Assembly: GCA_951406725.2 (NCBI GenBank)
Contig: OX597827.1
Location: 58,342,001-58,406,000 of the forward strand
Source of the DNA: Octopus vulgaris
Taxonomy: Eukaryota
Direction of reading: 5' to 3'
DNA length: 64,000 nucleotides
Below the pieces are notes generated by a model. That model did no database searches and was not told where the DNA came from. It worked only from the letters and a program-made list of their open reading frames with translations. Shown here piece after piece: positions 12,801 to 45,539 of this stretch (position 1 is the first letter of the stretch; every line of letters begins with the position of its first letter). The position numbers and the translations under genes were made by a program.

Positions 12801-15685
12801 GTTTTTTTATCGTTTTAATGTTGTAGTTCCTTTGTTAAAAGAATGCGATCATGGCTGAAAGTGTTTTGTGAGAGAGATAGATGTATGTCTACATTTTCTT
12901 GGTTGCTTCTACTACTACTGCTATCATCATCATCAATTTCTATATCTGGCCCTAGTATACTTTCGTTGTTTCTGCCTCGGCCGTTAGAAGAAAAATCTAT
13001 CGTGTGTGAGAGGGGATGGATGTATTTCATATCTCACCACCACCATGAAAACGATGTTGATTGTTATAAGCTAGCAGTTTGCGATGGAGTAAAGAAAGCT
13101 ATCTGTTTACTGCTGGTATTATCTTTTTTTCAAGTTTTATATTTCTCACTTGCTCGTCTACCTCTCTATCAGTATTTAAATGCTATTTGCCGAGGTTGTT
13201 AACGCTTTGGCATCGGGGGGGGGGTTTGTTTCTTTTTGTTTTTGGTTCACGGATAGATGGTAAAAACTGCAATTTTCCATCTTACGTGACAGCAGAGACT
13301 CTCTCAATGGCTATCCGATTATTGGAATTATTATTTTTTCCGCCGCGCACACGCTAGACAACTACGTTTTAACTACTGCCAGAGAGTTATATTAATTTTT
13401 CCTTTTGCTTATTTTCATTATTATTATTCGTATATCAAATCAAAATTAGCAGTCACTCCTCTCTCCTCCTAAAATTGCAATCTGATATTAGAGGAAGGCG
13501 CTTGTGCTATTTAAAAATAAAAGCATATTTAAATTAAAATTCCTGGGCCAGTTGGATTATTGACAAAGACTGGCCGAGTTGGCAGGGTCCCTCAGACCAT
13601 GAACATGTCCCGTTTCATTATTTTCAGCTTGCATAAGACCAGTTAATTAGTACATAAACGAAAGTATATTTATAAATGTATACACACACACACACTTCAA
13701 AATAATTATCTTAGGTGTGTGTATGTATATATAGATATAGATATATATATTTATACACACACACATACGTTAAAGGCTGTATAGCTTACTGATCAGAAAA
13801 ATATTCTTAGTTCAAGGCTTGTTTTTTTTTTTTTATAGATACAAATATGTTTTATCTTTTTAGTTATATAACGTTTTAGCTAATTATAAACAGTCGTTTT
13901 TAAAAATTTTTATTTACGTATATTAAAATATTTGTCTGTTACTTTCACCAACCTAATAAGATATTTCGACGCGCACATTGTGACAGTAATTATACTATTT
14001 TCACTGCGAAACGCACGTAGTGTTTATTAAGTTTCTCTGCCTTGTGTGTGTGTCTGTACACACACACACATGCTCGCGTGCGCACATATACAGCTCTTGG
14101 TTGTATTGCAGAAATATATATATTCTGTTCGTCGCTCCGGAGTAGTAGTGTCAAGGTCATTGGCAATAGGCGCCATATCTGTCTCTACCTTCTCTGAAAC
14201 AGAATCTAACGTCACTGCCACCTTCCAGCTTCTGCCGAGACACCAATGACTGACTCATTATAAAATAAAACTAATCGATATTTCCTCTCTATTACGTTGT
14301 ACTTTTTATTTTTTATCCCCTACCTTTTTTTTTTCCCCCTGCTTTGTCGCCGGAATACTTACAGATCCTTTGTTAGAAATTTCAGTTTAGCTGTAAATAT
14401 TATGAGTTGCCATTCGCTTCATTTCATTTATTTAGCTCGAAAGAAGGTTCTTCCATTTACCTATTTATTCTTCCTCCACGGTCACCTCGGTTTCTTTCTT
14501 CGCTTTATTCCCTCTCTTTGTGCTGCTGGCCTGTCACTTTTAATATATAAAGACGCACCTGGCCTCTTCTGGTGTCATTATTAGCCGACGGTAGAACTGA
14601 ATTCTGCGCGCTTCAGGTCAGCGTGATATGTTTTCAGTTGCTATTTTCATAGTTCCCTACAGTTGGTCTCGCATAGTTTTCATATCTTAAGTAGGATCCT
14701 CTTAATTCTCTATTGCTTTTATTATTATATCAGTGAAAGCTTGTTTGTACATTTAGGCCGTTGCACTTCACAACTTTTGAACGTCGTCTTTTTAACACTG
14801 CATTTTATAATTGTCCTGTTTTCTCATCCGTGGATGAAATTTTTTCGACATGTTCGTTTCGCTCTGGTGCATATACATTAAAAGCCTATAACAGAAAGGG
14901 TGGGGATAAAAATCGGGGAAGTCAAATGCCCAAATCGCACACGTGATTTATCTGTGATGTACATAAAATATCCTTAGGTGGGAAAACCTTTTTTGAAAAT
15001 TAAGATTACTGGATTTTTGGCTCTATTTTTTTTTTTTTTTTCCTCCAGTTAATTTACCCCCAAAACACAAAATTATCGTGTTTATTTATTTTTTTTAATT
15101 CCCGAAAGAGGTTACAACAATGTTATTTTATATAACCAACCTTAGTCCCTTTAGTTGCAACCACCCACCCTAAGCTATGATTTTTGAAATTATTGTATTT
15201 TAATTACCAATAACTGTAAAGAATGCCCTTACCCCTTCTCCCTTAAACAAAACAAAACAAAAAGTATTCCAGGTATGAAATGTGTTTTTATGGACTTCAG
15301 ATTTTGAAGGGGGGAAAGTCCATAAATTCAAGATTGTTGCTTTTCTTTTTTTTTTTTTTAAATACCTATTTTTGAAATTATTGTAAATTTTGAAAACTGG
15401 TATCTAAATCACGAAACCCGGTTAACAATTTTCATGTTCTATCCAAAAGACATGCTTTTATATATATTTTTTTTCTTGTGTATGAAACAAACATACCAAA
15501 ATATTTTCATATATATGTGTGTATATTTATAAGAATTTATTCTATTGTAAAAGTGAAAACAAGCAGGTGTATAGAGGTTTCCCTTGATTAACTTTTTTAA
15601 GAAATCTTTTTTTTTTTTTTTTTCGTTTCTTTCACCATGGATTGGAGTTAATGTGGTTTTTGTTTTGCTTCTTTTTTGAAACCAG

Positions 15686-35490
<19,805 letters not shown>

Positions 35491-38400
35491 AATCCTCTTA
35501 AGTAGAGCTGTATACATCTTGCTACTTGTTTCTGGCTGGTTTTGTAAACAATGACCAAGACTGGCTGGACAGAAAAACTCTGATAAACCTGCCAGCCAGC
35601 CATACCAAGTGACATCCCACCTACACTGCCAAAGTCACTCCTGGCACCTTTTTTTTTTTTATCTGTTATTGCATTGTTATTAAAAGCCGTCTTTGTCCTT
35701 GTCAATCCTGCTAACTCTACTACATCCTACTTTGTGTTGTCAACTTAATGGTTGCAAGAAGTCTTTCAATTTTGAATTTGGATCCCTGGACAAAACATCA
35801 AGTTGCATGCTTTGCATAAATTGTGATACCTCTACATTCATGCAGCTACTGATATTTCACAAATATTTGATTTCCTAACAGCAAAACTAGAAATTAATCA
35901 AGGATGAGGCCAGATGGTGTGCAAGATAATAAAGCAAAAATTGGATTTTATCTTCTTTTTTTTTTTTTTTTTTTTTTCTCTCCTGAAAATTCATTTCCTG
36001 GCTGTGGAAACGTAAGAAGTTAAGCATCATTGAGTGTATCGAATTATTTTTGCCAATGTCAAAACTGTAGAGGACCTTGGAGCAGTTACCTATTGTCAGC
36101 TATGTTTGATACAACAGGCACTCAAGAATGGCAGTGCTTGTGCTGGCCACACTTTCTGCGATCTCATCTTCATGGCATTGAAGGAAAATTCATTGAACTA
36201 CTATCCACCCTCTTGATTATTTACCAAAGATAACCTCTATTTCTTTCAAAGTCATCTGATCTCTAGTAATATAATTTACTGAGGGTTTATTTACCATTTT
36301 AATCTAACAAAATAAATGAATTCCTTACATTCAGTGATATTGGTTGGCTGTGCTTAAAAAGTCCATCACAGCCCTGTGTGAGCAGCCAGAGTTGACAGTT
36401 GTAAATTGACATGCACTCTTATCAGACATTTCAACAGAAAATATCTGTTAACTGTCTCAATCATTACGACCTATGCCACCATCATAAAACAAAAAAAAAA
36501 TAATAATAATTAAAAATATATAATTAAAAACCCAAACCTTTGTAAAAGTTGTTTAGAGCATGATGGGGCCGTTCATTCATCACCCCTAGCTGTCTGTCAT
36601 TTATTTCATTGTCATTAATAAAACTGGTTGTTACTATTGATTCCAGTTCCTTTTTGTGTTGCCATCATTGTGATGAGGGCAGCATTTCACATAATGAAGC
36701 AGGGAAAAATTTGGGGCAGGGAAAGTAAACTGCTTATCTTTGTTTTTTTTCCCTTGATACTCTCATTGGTTGTATTCTATCAGATCCTCTTTGAAGGCAA
36801 CACTTGAACTCGGACTGCTTTCATGTTTGGTCAGTGCAGGTCAGTAGTGCATTAGACCCATTGAGTAATGTCCTCATTGTTACACCCACACCCCTCCAGA
36901 CACATACTGCCACATGAACTAGGCACATTTTCACCTAACAAAAAACTACATTGAACTTTTCCTCTTTTTGATTCATTGTTTTGACAGCAACCAAGAAGGA
37001 TGGCCGGTATTCTAGCCTTTTGTAAAACTATAGAAATATTTTTATATCAAATGTCGCATATGTCACAGTGTTCAAGTGACTGAAATGTTATCACATATGG
37101 CTAGAATCCTAGAAAGAACTTGTTCAACCATTCTTAAAAATAAATTCACTGATTTAAAAGTTTGTGTTAAATTTTTACTTTCTTTGTACATTTCCCCTGT
37201 TAGAAGCTGCAATTTCTTGTAATTAAACATCGGTGTCTCTATACACCAGCCACTTTGAATAACAATGGGCTGTTTATTCAAAATCTGAACTGTTCTTTTT
37301 TCTCCTATCTTCAAAGATGAAATAGGATCCCGTCCCTCTAAAAAGTTGTTCTATGCCAATATGTATTACATGGTTTTGAATTGTAGAATTTTTATAGAAA
37401 TTTTTAAAGCAGGGTTTTAGTCTAAAGTGTGGTGTTCATTAATTTGTATCTACAAACATAGCATAATGCCACAATTTAAGCAGTATGCCACTGTACCTCA
37501 ATTTTTCTCCGTTTACATTTTTAATTCCTATGCAACTAGCATTACCTAACACTCCTACACTTTTGATTGTGTTAAATAATGCTTTAAGGTTTAAGTTGGA
37601 TAAAGTACAATAAGCCTATGGTTAAAATATTGATCTCTTCAGAAAGTTCAGCTTTTGTGTTGCTTACATATTGTTTATATACTTTTTTTCTTCCATGAGT
37701 AAGGTCTTTGGTATAATTATCTTTTACCATTCTTCAGTGTTGCACTTGTGGATATATTTTAATTGGTGGCACTATTATCTGTCATCCAATTTCAGTAAGT
37801 TGGGAATCTGTGTCACACGAGCAGTACCAAAACTGCCACCACCCATATTTAGGTAAAAACTTGCATTGAAATGATCAGTCATAAAACAGGAGCAAGGTAA
37901 CAAACTACATTCATAGTTGTATTTGTCTGAGCAAATCTGATTGGCTTTTGGTAATTAAAAACCTCTCAATCACACTTGAAGCTGACAAAGTAATAACAAA
38001 AGCAAAACTATTTTAAGTAATGTAATTAAATCAGGTTTATATTTTTCTCAGCACAGACACATCATCCAGGTTCTTATTTCACTTGCAACTTGCCCCTGAT
38101 TGTAAGAACTTCCTCAACCCCTGCTCTTAGCAGTTAGATTAATAAGCCAGATATAGCAATCAAATCGCCATCAAATTTTACATTTTCATTAAAAAGAATT
38201 ATGCATTGTATAATAACAACCATGTGTCTGGAATTAATAATTTGTTCATCATAACAAAAATGGGTCTAAATAGCCTAACCTTTTCAATAGTCATCAGCTG
38301 AAAGATTTTAGAACCCACCCAAAGGTCTTAACAATAAATTGATTCTCTTAAGCTAAAAACCCGGTCCCTTCTCTGCCCATGTCTTTTTTTTTTTTGGTGT

Positions 38401-39721
38401 TCAAATTGGACATTTGCCACATTGATCTGGGATGACCTGCAAAGATCACTGACACTTTCCAGGACTATATTTTTTATAAAATTTGCTTATGGTTTTTTTT
38501 TTATTTATTCACTTTTTGGAAGGGTCTGTGACCTGTATATTTTACCAAATCTGAGATTGATCTGTTACTTAAAACCATCACAAATCAACAGCTATCAGAG
38601 AGTAAGGGTAAAATCAAGAAGGGCTGAATGGGATATGATGGAATACAATGAGTGATGAGTGCCTCAACACAAGTGGTGAGCCAGTCTAGTCTCTTAAGGG
38701 TGTATTTAAATAATGGGCAGAATGGAATTTGCATGTGCAGATAGCACTTTTGAGTCGTGTGTATAACCTGGACAGCAGACTAGGTAGATACGATAGGCCA
38801 TTCTAGAAAAATAAGCGAGCAGTGCATCTGGACCAGAGCTTTGTGTTTGACTTCGTGCCAAACATCCAAGTGGCCTCTCCTCAAATGTTTGTGTAACATG
38901 TAGGGGTGATATTTTATTACATTGTGGATCGTAACAACCTGAGGTTTACTAATAAGTTGTTTTATATTTTTAACTTCCGAACAGCAAAACCTGATATGTG
39001 TGTTCGTAAAGAGGACAACTATGAGTTGTGGAGGGACATGCCTGAAAGTGGTTTCATTTTTGCCTTTAACTCGATAAACAGAGTTATTAGTGTTTAACTT
39101 CGTAAATACACCAAATTTGAAAAATTTAAATAAACTTTGAAATTTCCACAGCTGCAACCAAAGCATGTAACCAAAAAATGTAATGTCACCCTTCACAAGA
39201 CTCTAACAGTAAAAACAGTGAAATGTTTTGCAATCATATGTTCCAAATTGCAATTTGAAGTAGAAGCCCATTTTATTGGAAGGAGATTGTGTGTGATGTA
39301 TTGTTGGTTATGGCGACACATAAGACATGTTGCCTGGAAGCATGTAACAACTTTACTAATGGAGTAGCCAGCAATATACAACGCTATACAGGAGTTACTG
39401 AGACAACCTGGGTCATATCTTAAGAGAAACGGACGAGGCAAACTTTTCTTGAACAAGGGGACAACGACTCTAAGATATTCGCATCTTCCAGATGAATTTT
39501 GAATTAGAAAGACTGAAACTTTTAGTCAGTGCCTTTATGATAGAAAATTTGTTTTGAAAACGTGATTTTTTTCCGTTTGTGGATTAGTGAATGAAAAACA
39601 TGCTGGGTACAGCTGAAATTGTTCAATGGGAAGTGACTAAGGCCATCCCAGAACGAATATTTTTTTTTTTTTTTTTACCATCAAACTAACAAAGCAGATT
39701 TATGATCAACAGTATTACATA

Positions 39722-39912
39722 TTTCTTTACTACCCACAGGGGACAGACAAAGGGATTTAGTCGATTGCATCGGCCCCAGTGTGCAACTGGTACTTAATTT
39801 ATCGACCCCGAAAGGATGAAAGGCAAAGTCGACCTCGGCGGAATTTGAACTCAGAACGTAACGGCAGACGAAATACGGCTTCACATTTCGCCCGGCGTGC
39901 TACCGTTTCTGC
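39722..39912 (-). mobile_element. SINE family A
   Basis: Reverse complement of the family A pattern; similar copies at 42320-42500 and 53420-53629. Confidence 0.8.
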
Positions 39913-40019
39913 TCAACAGTATTATAGCCATGAGTTTAGTGAACTCTTTTTCTGGGCGCAATTCAGTGATATCAGACCTTCAAGTATCATCGAAATCAAC
40001 CGCTATATTATCATCATTA

Positions 40020-40395
40020 TCTCTTCTCTCTATATATAAACGGCAGTTTGTCTGTGCGTGTTTCTGTGTGTCTGTTTGCTTGTACCCTCACCCTGACCAT
40101 GGCTTTCAACCGATTCTGATGAAACTTGACACACACATAGCCCAATATCATAATTCAAAACTAACGCAGCGAAAATTTTGAAAAGTTCCCCCAGTTCTGA
40201 AAAAATCGATAAATTCGACATGGGGTCGAGAATCAGAAACACGAACCACAAACTGTCTAGGGGACGCAACTCCACCTTTTTTAAATCTCAAAACAAAAAA
40301 TTACCATTTTTTTCCATTTTTTGGCTATCACTCTCTAAAAATGCTTTATAGTTATTTCCCTTACAAACCTGAGCAACGCCGGGCGATACTGCTAG
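40020..40395 (+). mobile_element. Non-autonomous Helitron-like element (same family as 48316-48698)
   Basis: A|TC...gagcaacgccgggcgatactgCTAG|T; high similarity to 48316-48698. Confidence 0.75.
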
Positions 40396-40897
40396 TTTAA
40401 AATATTGCTGGTTCTAGAGGAAGTGACTGTGTTCGTGACCTTTGTTAGTCCTCTTATACCAATGAAATTGATGCCATTAGTGTTCTTCTTGAACCATTGT
40501 GAACCCACACCTGCATGAAAGATATGAACAGGGTCAACGTTCTGAAAAGGAAAGGCCGGGGGGCTAGGTTGGAGTTGAACGCAACGAGGATGATTAAAGT
40601 CGGGGAGACGAATGGGTGTGTAATACGTGAGATGAAGTCGCGTGAGCAGAGCAATTTCCAAAAAGCTGAGAGCATTATAATGCAAATCGATCCCAGGACT
40701 TATTCTTTGTAAGCCTAGTACTTATTCTATTGGTCTCTCTTGCCGAACCACTAAGTGACGGGGACGTAAGCACACCAGCATCGGTTGGGGGGAGAAACAC
40801 ACACACATAGTCAGACAGACAGTCAGTTAATCCAGACATGAAAACACGACTCGAGGAACAAGTATAGTGTTATTGGACGCTAAGGAAAGAAAGGAGG

Positions 40898-40932
40898 ATT
40901 TAACGTTTCGAGCGGAGCTCTTCGTCAGAAAC
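40898..40932 (-). ncRNA. Penelope-type minimal hammerhead-like motif
   Basis: ttt-CTGACGA-agagctccgctc-GAAA-cGTT-aaa on the minus strand. Confidence 0.45.
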
Positions 40933-43739
40933 ATAGAAAAAGGGAAGACGATGAAAAATTATCGCCAACGATACATACGTGGATTCTTCTTTCAGTTTCC
41001 GTCTACTTAATCCTCTCACAAGGCTTTGATCGGCCTGAGGCTATAGTAGAAGACACTCGCCCAAGGTGCCACGCATTGGGACTGAACCCGGAACCATATG
41101 GTTGGTAAGCAAGCTACTTACCACACAGCCACTCCTGCGCCTGTATATAAAAAGTACATTTACAATGTATATAAAATTTGATAATAACGATGAAATATAA
41201 ATTTGAATAATTTTATCGATGAATTGAGCGAACATCTGCTAGAAATGCAAGAAAAAGGTCTTCAGTGCTTTTCCTCATCTGTAACTAACAGAAATAATCA
41301 TGGTGATATTGAAAGGTTTTTATGGTTCACTGTTTTCATCTTTTTCAAAATACGAATTTTCAAATCCAACCAGGTTCTTTCAGTTGTTTGAATATTGTTT
41401 CCAGTGTTTTGATCAGCATAATGTCTTTAGTGGTTGACAGAAGAATGATGGAAATTTAGACGATTTAGATTGGAATATGCTGGCCATTAGTCGGAATGAA
41501 TAACCAAATTTTCTGCAACGTCTCTTTGAATTATGGGTCCAAGTTTTACTGTAGAAAAGCGTTAGGTATTGAAGAAGTGTACCGCTGCAGTAGAGATTAC
41601 TCAAGCTCACAGAAATATAACTAATGATTGTGGCTCATAGAATGAATATTTATCCCCGCCACGTGAGAGTGATAAATATCCAACCGCTTAACTCTTATAA
41701 TCAGACGTAGTTATCAAAGGATCAAAAGTTATATTAAATTCAAGGGAGGAGACTATTTATTGTGGTACTCATGATACTTTCTAGAAGAGTTGAATGAAGG
41801 CGTGAATCATCGTGGTTAGGGTGTTCAGCTTGCAATCATAATATCATGGGTTCGATTCCAGGACCGGGTTACATATTGTGTCCTTCAGCAAAACATTTCA
41901 TTTCAGATTGTTGCAGCTCCTTATATTTCTGGGTGTGCTGTTGGGTCAGAAGAAGGGAACTCGAGAGGATCTTTCTGTCTGTTTGTGACTACACGAAACA
42001 ATTAGTGAAAGTGTGGTTCATGTCACCAGCTGTCCTCAATTGTGACTCATGGCTGGCTCTTAGAAGAGTTGGAGATGTAGATACACTAAGAAACAAACCT
42101 AGATCACAGTAAACCGCTAAAAATTTAGCTTCAACAATTGAGCCAAAGGGGGAGCCATGTGACCGCTTGACCAGTGAGAAATAGCAGGCAAATTTCCCGC
42201 AACTGACAACAGATTGACTAGGTGTTCTGTAAATAATAGACATGGGGAAAAGATGAGATGGTTACAGCTGGAATGTCTTTGATCAGAGTTGACACGAGCT
42301 TAACTTTTAAAATTGTTTCTACCATAGGCACAAGGCCTGAAATTTTGGGAGCGGAGTAGTCGATTACATCGACCTCAATGCTCAATTGGTACTTATTTTA
42401 TCGACCCCGAAAAGATGAAAGACAAAGTAGACCTCGGCAGAATTTGAACTCAGAACGTAAAGCCGGAAGAAATACCTCTAAGCATTTTGTCCTGCGTTGC
42501 TAAAGTAGAGAATAATGAATGAACAGGGCATGCACCGAAACAATTTCATAATCGTAACGCACTAAAACTACAGTTACCTCCCCTGATGCTAAGAGTAATA
42601 TCCCTTGTAAAAGCAACTTAGCTTCAATTAAACAACGCAGTATAAATTCAACTTTTCACTGATGTCAACCACAATATTATTAGGTGACCCAGATGTAGCT
42701 GCTTCGGACACAAAAGAAAATTTTTTATGTTGTAGTAGATTTCCTTTACTACTAAACACGAGAGCCTTTATAAATGGCGCCGAAGAGAGTTGTTAGTGTT
42801 GAATACGATACTTTACGGTCTTCGTGCTGGCTTTCTGAGCCCTGAGCTCAAATCTAGCACAAGTCACCTTTACCTTTCTTCCTTTCTGAATCAATAAAAA
42901 ATAAATCAGGTTAAGACGGTGGCTTGAGAGAATGTTAGATTGTTTTTTGAAATGCTTTAGTGTCTGTTTCTATTCTGTGCGTTGTGTGTTCATATTGTAG
43001 CGTGGTGTAGATTCGAAACTGTAATTGCTCAGTAACGAGAGATTTCGATTCTACATCTCACTCCAATATCCTGCTTTCTATCTATCAACCCCAGAACTTT
43101 TGAAACCCGGTGATAAGCTTAGGAAGCGATGACAAGCTTGAGAAGTCTTTCAGTAAGTACCTAATTATTTAGCCGATCGCTCTCCATGCCTGCATACCAG
43201 CTAGCAAGAGAACTTGTGTATAATATCCTGCTTACCCGGACATAAGAAAAAGAGACGGATTGTCGTGGCATCAATTATGGCTGACCTGAAATTAAACAAC
43301 AACTAAGCATCTGAGAGAAAACTTAATATGGTCGCTCTACCTGCTAGAAATAGCAGCCAAATCCCACTAAAATCACTATATGGTTGCAGCAGGGATATTT
43401 AGCATCCTCTCACTCCTGTGCATCTTTCACACACAAAGTCTTACTTTCTTTGTTAACCTTCTTGTGATTCAATTGGACCTTTTATAAATCCATTGTTTGC
43501 ACTGGATACACTCTAAGGAGTGTCTACTCTACCATTTAAAAAAAATAAGGACACATTGGATGACGAATTTTTTTAAAGAAAATCCGATATTTGTTTTCCC
43601 ATTGTGCATATGATATATTTGGTCATGAAATGAGTGGATCAAAGTAGAATTCTGTGGATGTCAGAATTTGGTAATGCCATTGCAAAGATTGTCTCAAAGA
43701 AAAATATATATTAGTGACAGAGGCAGTATTAATACTGAG

Positions 43740-44243
43740 AGGTGATATTTATCTCCATGGCTGTTTCCTGCACCAGCTTTACATAGAAGCCCCAGCCCAT
43801 CCAAAGTATACTGGATCGCAGGACGGCCTGCTGTGCTTACCTTGGATCATAGGGCAACCTGCTGTGCTTGAGGAGACCTATTGAGTCAAAAACATCAACA
43901 TCAAAAATCAAATAGAAATTGTAGTTGTGATACCTGAGCTGGTGGCACGTAAAAAGCACCATCTGAACGTGGCCGATGCTAGCGCCGCCTTGACTGGCTT
44001 CTGTGCCGGTGGTACGTAAAAATTACCAACCAATCATGGCCTCCTCTGGCACCTGTGCTAGTGGCACATAAAAAGCACCCACTACACTCACGGAGTGGTT
44101 GGCGCTAGGAAGGGCATCCAGCTGTAGAAACACTGCCAGATCAGACTGGAGCCTGGTGCAGCCTCCTGGCTTCAGACTCCGGTCCAACCATCCAACCTAT
44201 GCTAGCATGGAAAATGGATGTTAAACGATGATGATGATGATGA
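43740..44243 (+). mobile_element. Longer copy of repeat family C
   Basis: Three tggcacgtaaaaagcacc-type units, ggaagggcatccagctgtagaaac core, (atg)n tail. Confidence 0.7.
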
Positions 44244-44719
44244 CTTAAATGTGGATGTTCTGTTAGAACTATTCTGAGGTAGTTACCATGAGAGAAACTA
44301 TCATATTGACTTTTGGTGCAAAATGTACTCTTGTTTATATCACTAGAGGGGAGATAAATCCCTGCCATCTCCAGCACCGAGACCACTAGATCATGTGATT
44401 TCAACCTTACTTGGTCTTGACAATGATGGATGCTCAACCACTAGAGATAGCAGTGACTCATCTTCTTCCAAATAATATATAGAAAAGTAGTGCAAGAGCA
44501 AGCATTGGTGTTTGCAATTAGCCCGTGAGCTTCTTAAGACCAAAAAAGATAGAGATCTTGTGGTATCAGTGCATAGAAGTGTCAGGGATTTGTCGCCCCA
44601 CTAGTGCGTTTTGCACCAAAAGCCAGCCAATATGAGAGTTTCTCTCATGGAATCTACTGCAGTATAGTCTGTTCTAATGGAACATCCATATTTAAGTGGG
44701 GATAAATATTACCTATCAC

Positions 44720-44812
44720 AAAGAAATATCTGTCAGAAAGAATACAATCTTTGAGAATTGTAAATTGAAATTGGAAGAAGTAATCAAGATATTGTATTTG
44801 TATTCATATGAA
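44720..44812 (+). mobile_element. Possible Merlin/IS1595-like transposase relic
   Basis: ISVRKNTIFENCKLKLEEVIKILYLY resembles the SIRxxTxFExSKL motif; very short. Confidence 0.35.
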
Positions 44813-45134
44813 TCTCTATGCTTTTCTTTTTATCCTTTGATTTTGTTTCATTTTGAAATGTTGGGTAATAGGTGCAGACATGGCTTTGTGGTAAGAAACT
44901 TGCTTTCTGGCCACGTAGTTCTGTGTTCAGTCCCAATGTGTGGCACCTTGGGCAAGTGTCATCTACTATATCCTTGGGCTGACCAAAGTCTTGTGAATGG
45001 ATTTGGTAAATGGAAACTGAAATGTGTGTGTGTGTCCGCCACTACTGCTTGACAACCAATATTGGTGTGTTTACATCCCAGTAACTTAGTGGTCCAACAA
45101 GAGAGACCAATAGAATAAGTACCAAGCTTAAAAA

Positions 45135-45316
45135 TCTCTATATCTATAGACGGAAAAATGTCTGTATCTGTGTGTCCTTTATACAAATCCACAGTTTTTC
45201 ACGTAAAAGGATCGCATTTTCTACGGGCTTTCAAAACTGTCTGAAGCAGGATTTTCATGAAAGACCAAATATGCTTGACTAGCACCAGACCTGGCAATGT
45301 CGGGTCATAGTGCTAG
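45135..45316 (+). mobile_element. Short Helitron-like element nested in a SINE tail
   Basis: A|TC start, gacctggcaatgtcgggtc hairpin, CTAG|T end; SINE sequence resumes after it. Confidence 0.55.
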
Positions 45317-45539
45317 TAAATAAATAAATACCAGGGTCATTCATTCAATTAAAACTCTCCGAAGCAGTGCTCCAGCATGGCCGCAGTCTAATGACTGAAT
45401 CAAGTAAAAGGTAAAAGATAGAAGACAAATAACTAAGAAGCACCAACTCTTCCACTGTAACAATGACCACTGATTCACTCAATTAGTCCACCATTCACCT
45501 CGCACACAATAATTAGCAACAACATCAAACACAGCATGT

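Noticed and set aside
27-14950. Numerous 60-145 aa ORFs
   Set aside because: Derived from microsatellites, SINEs or AT-rich intronic DNA; no domain motifs.
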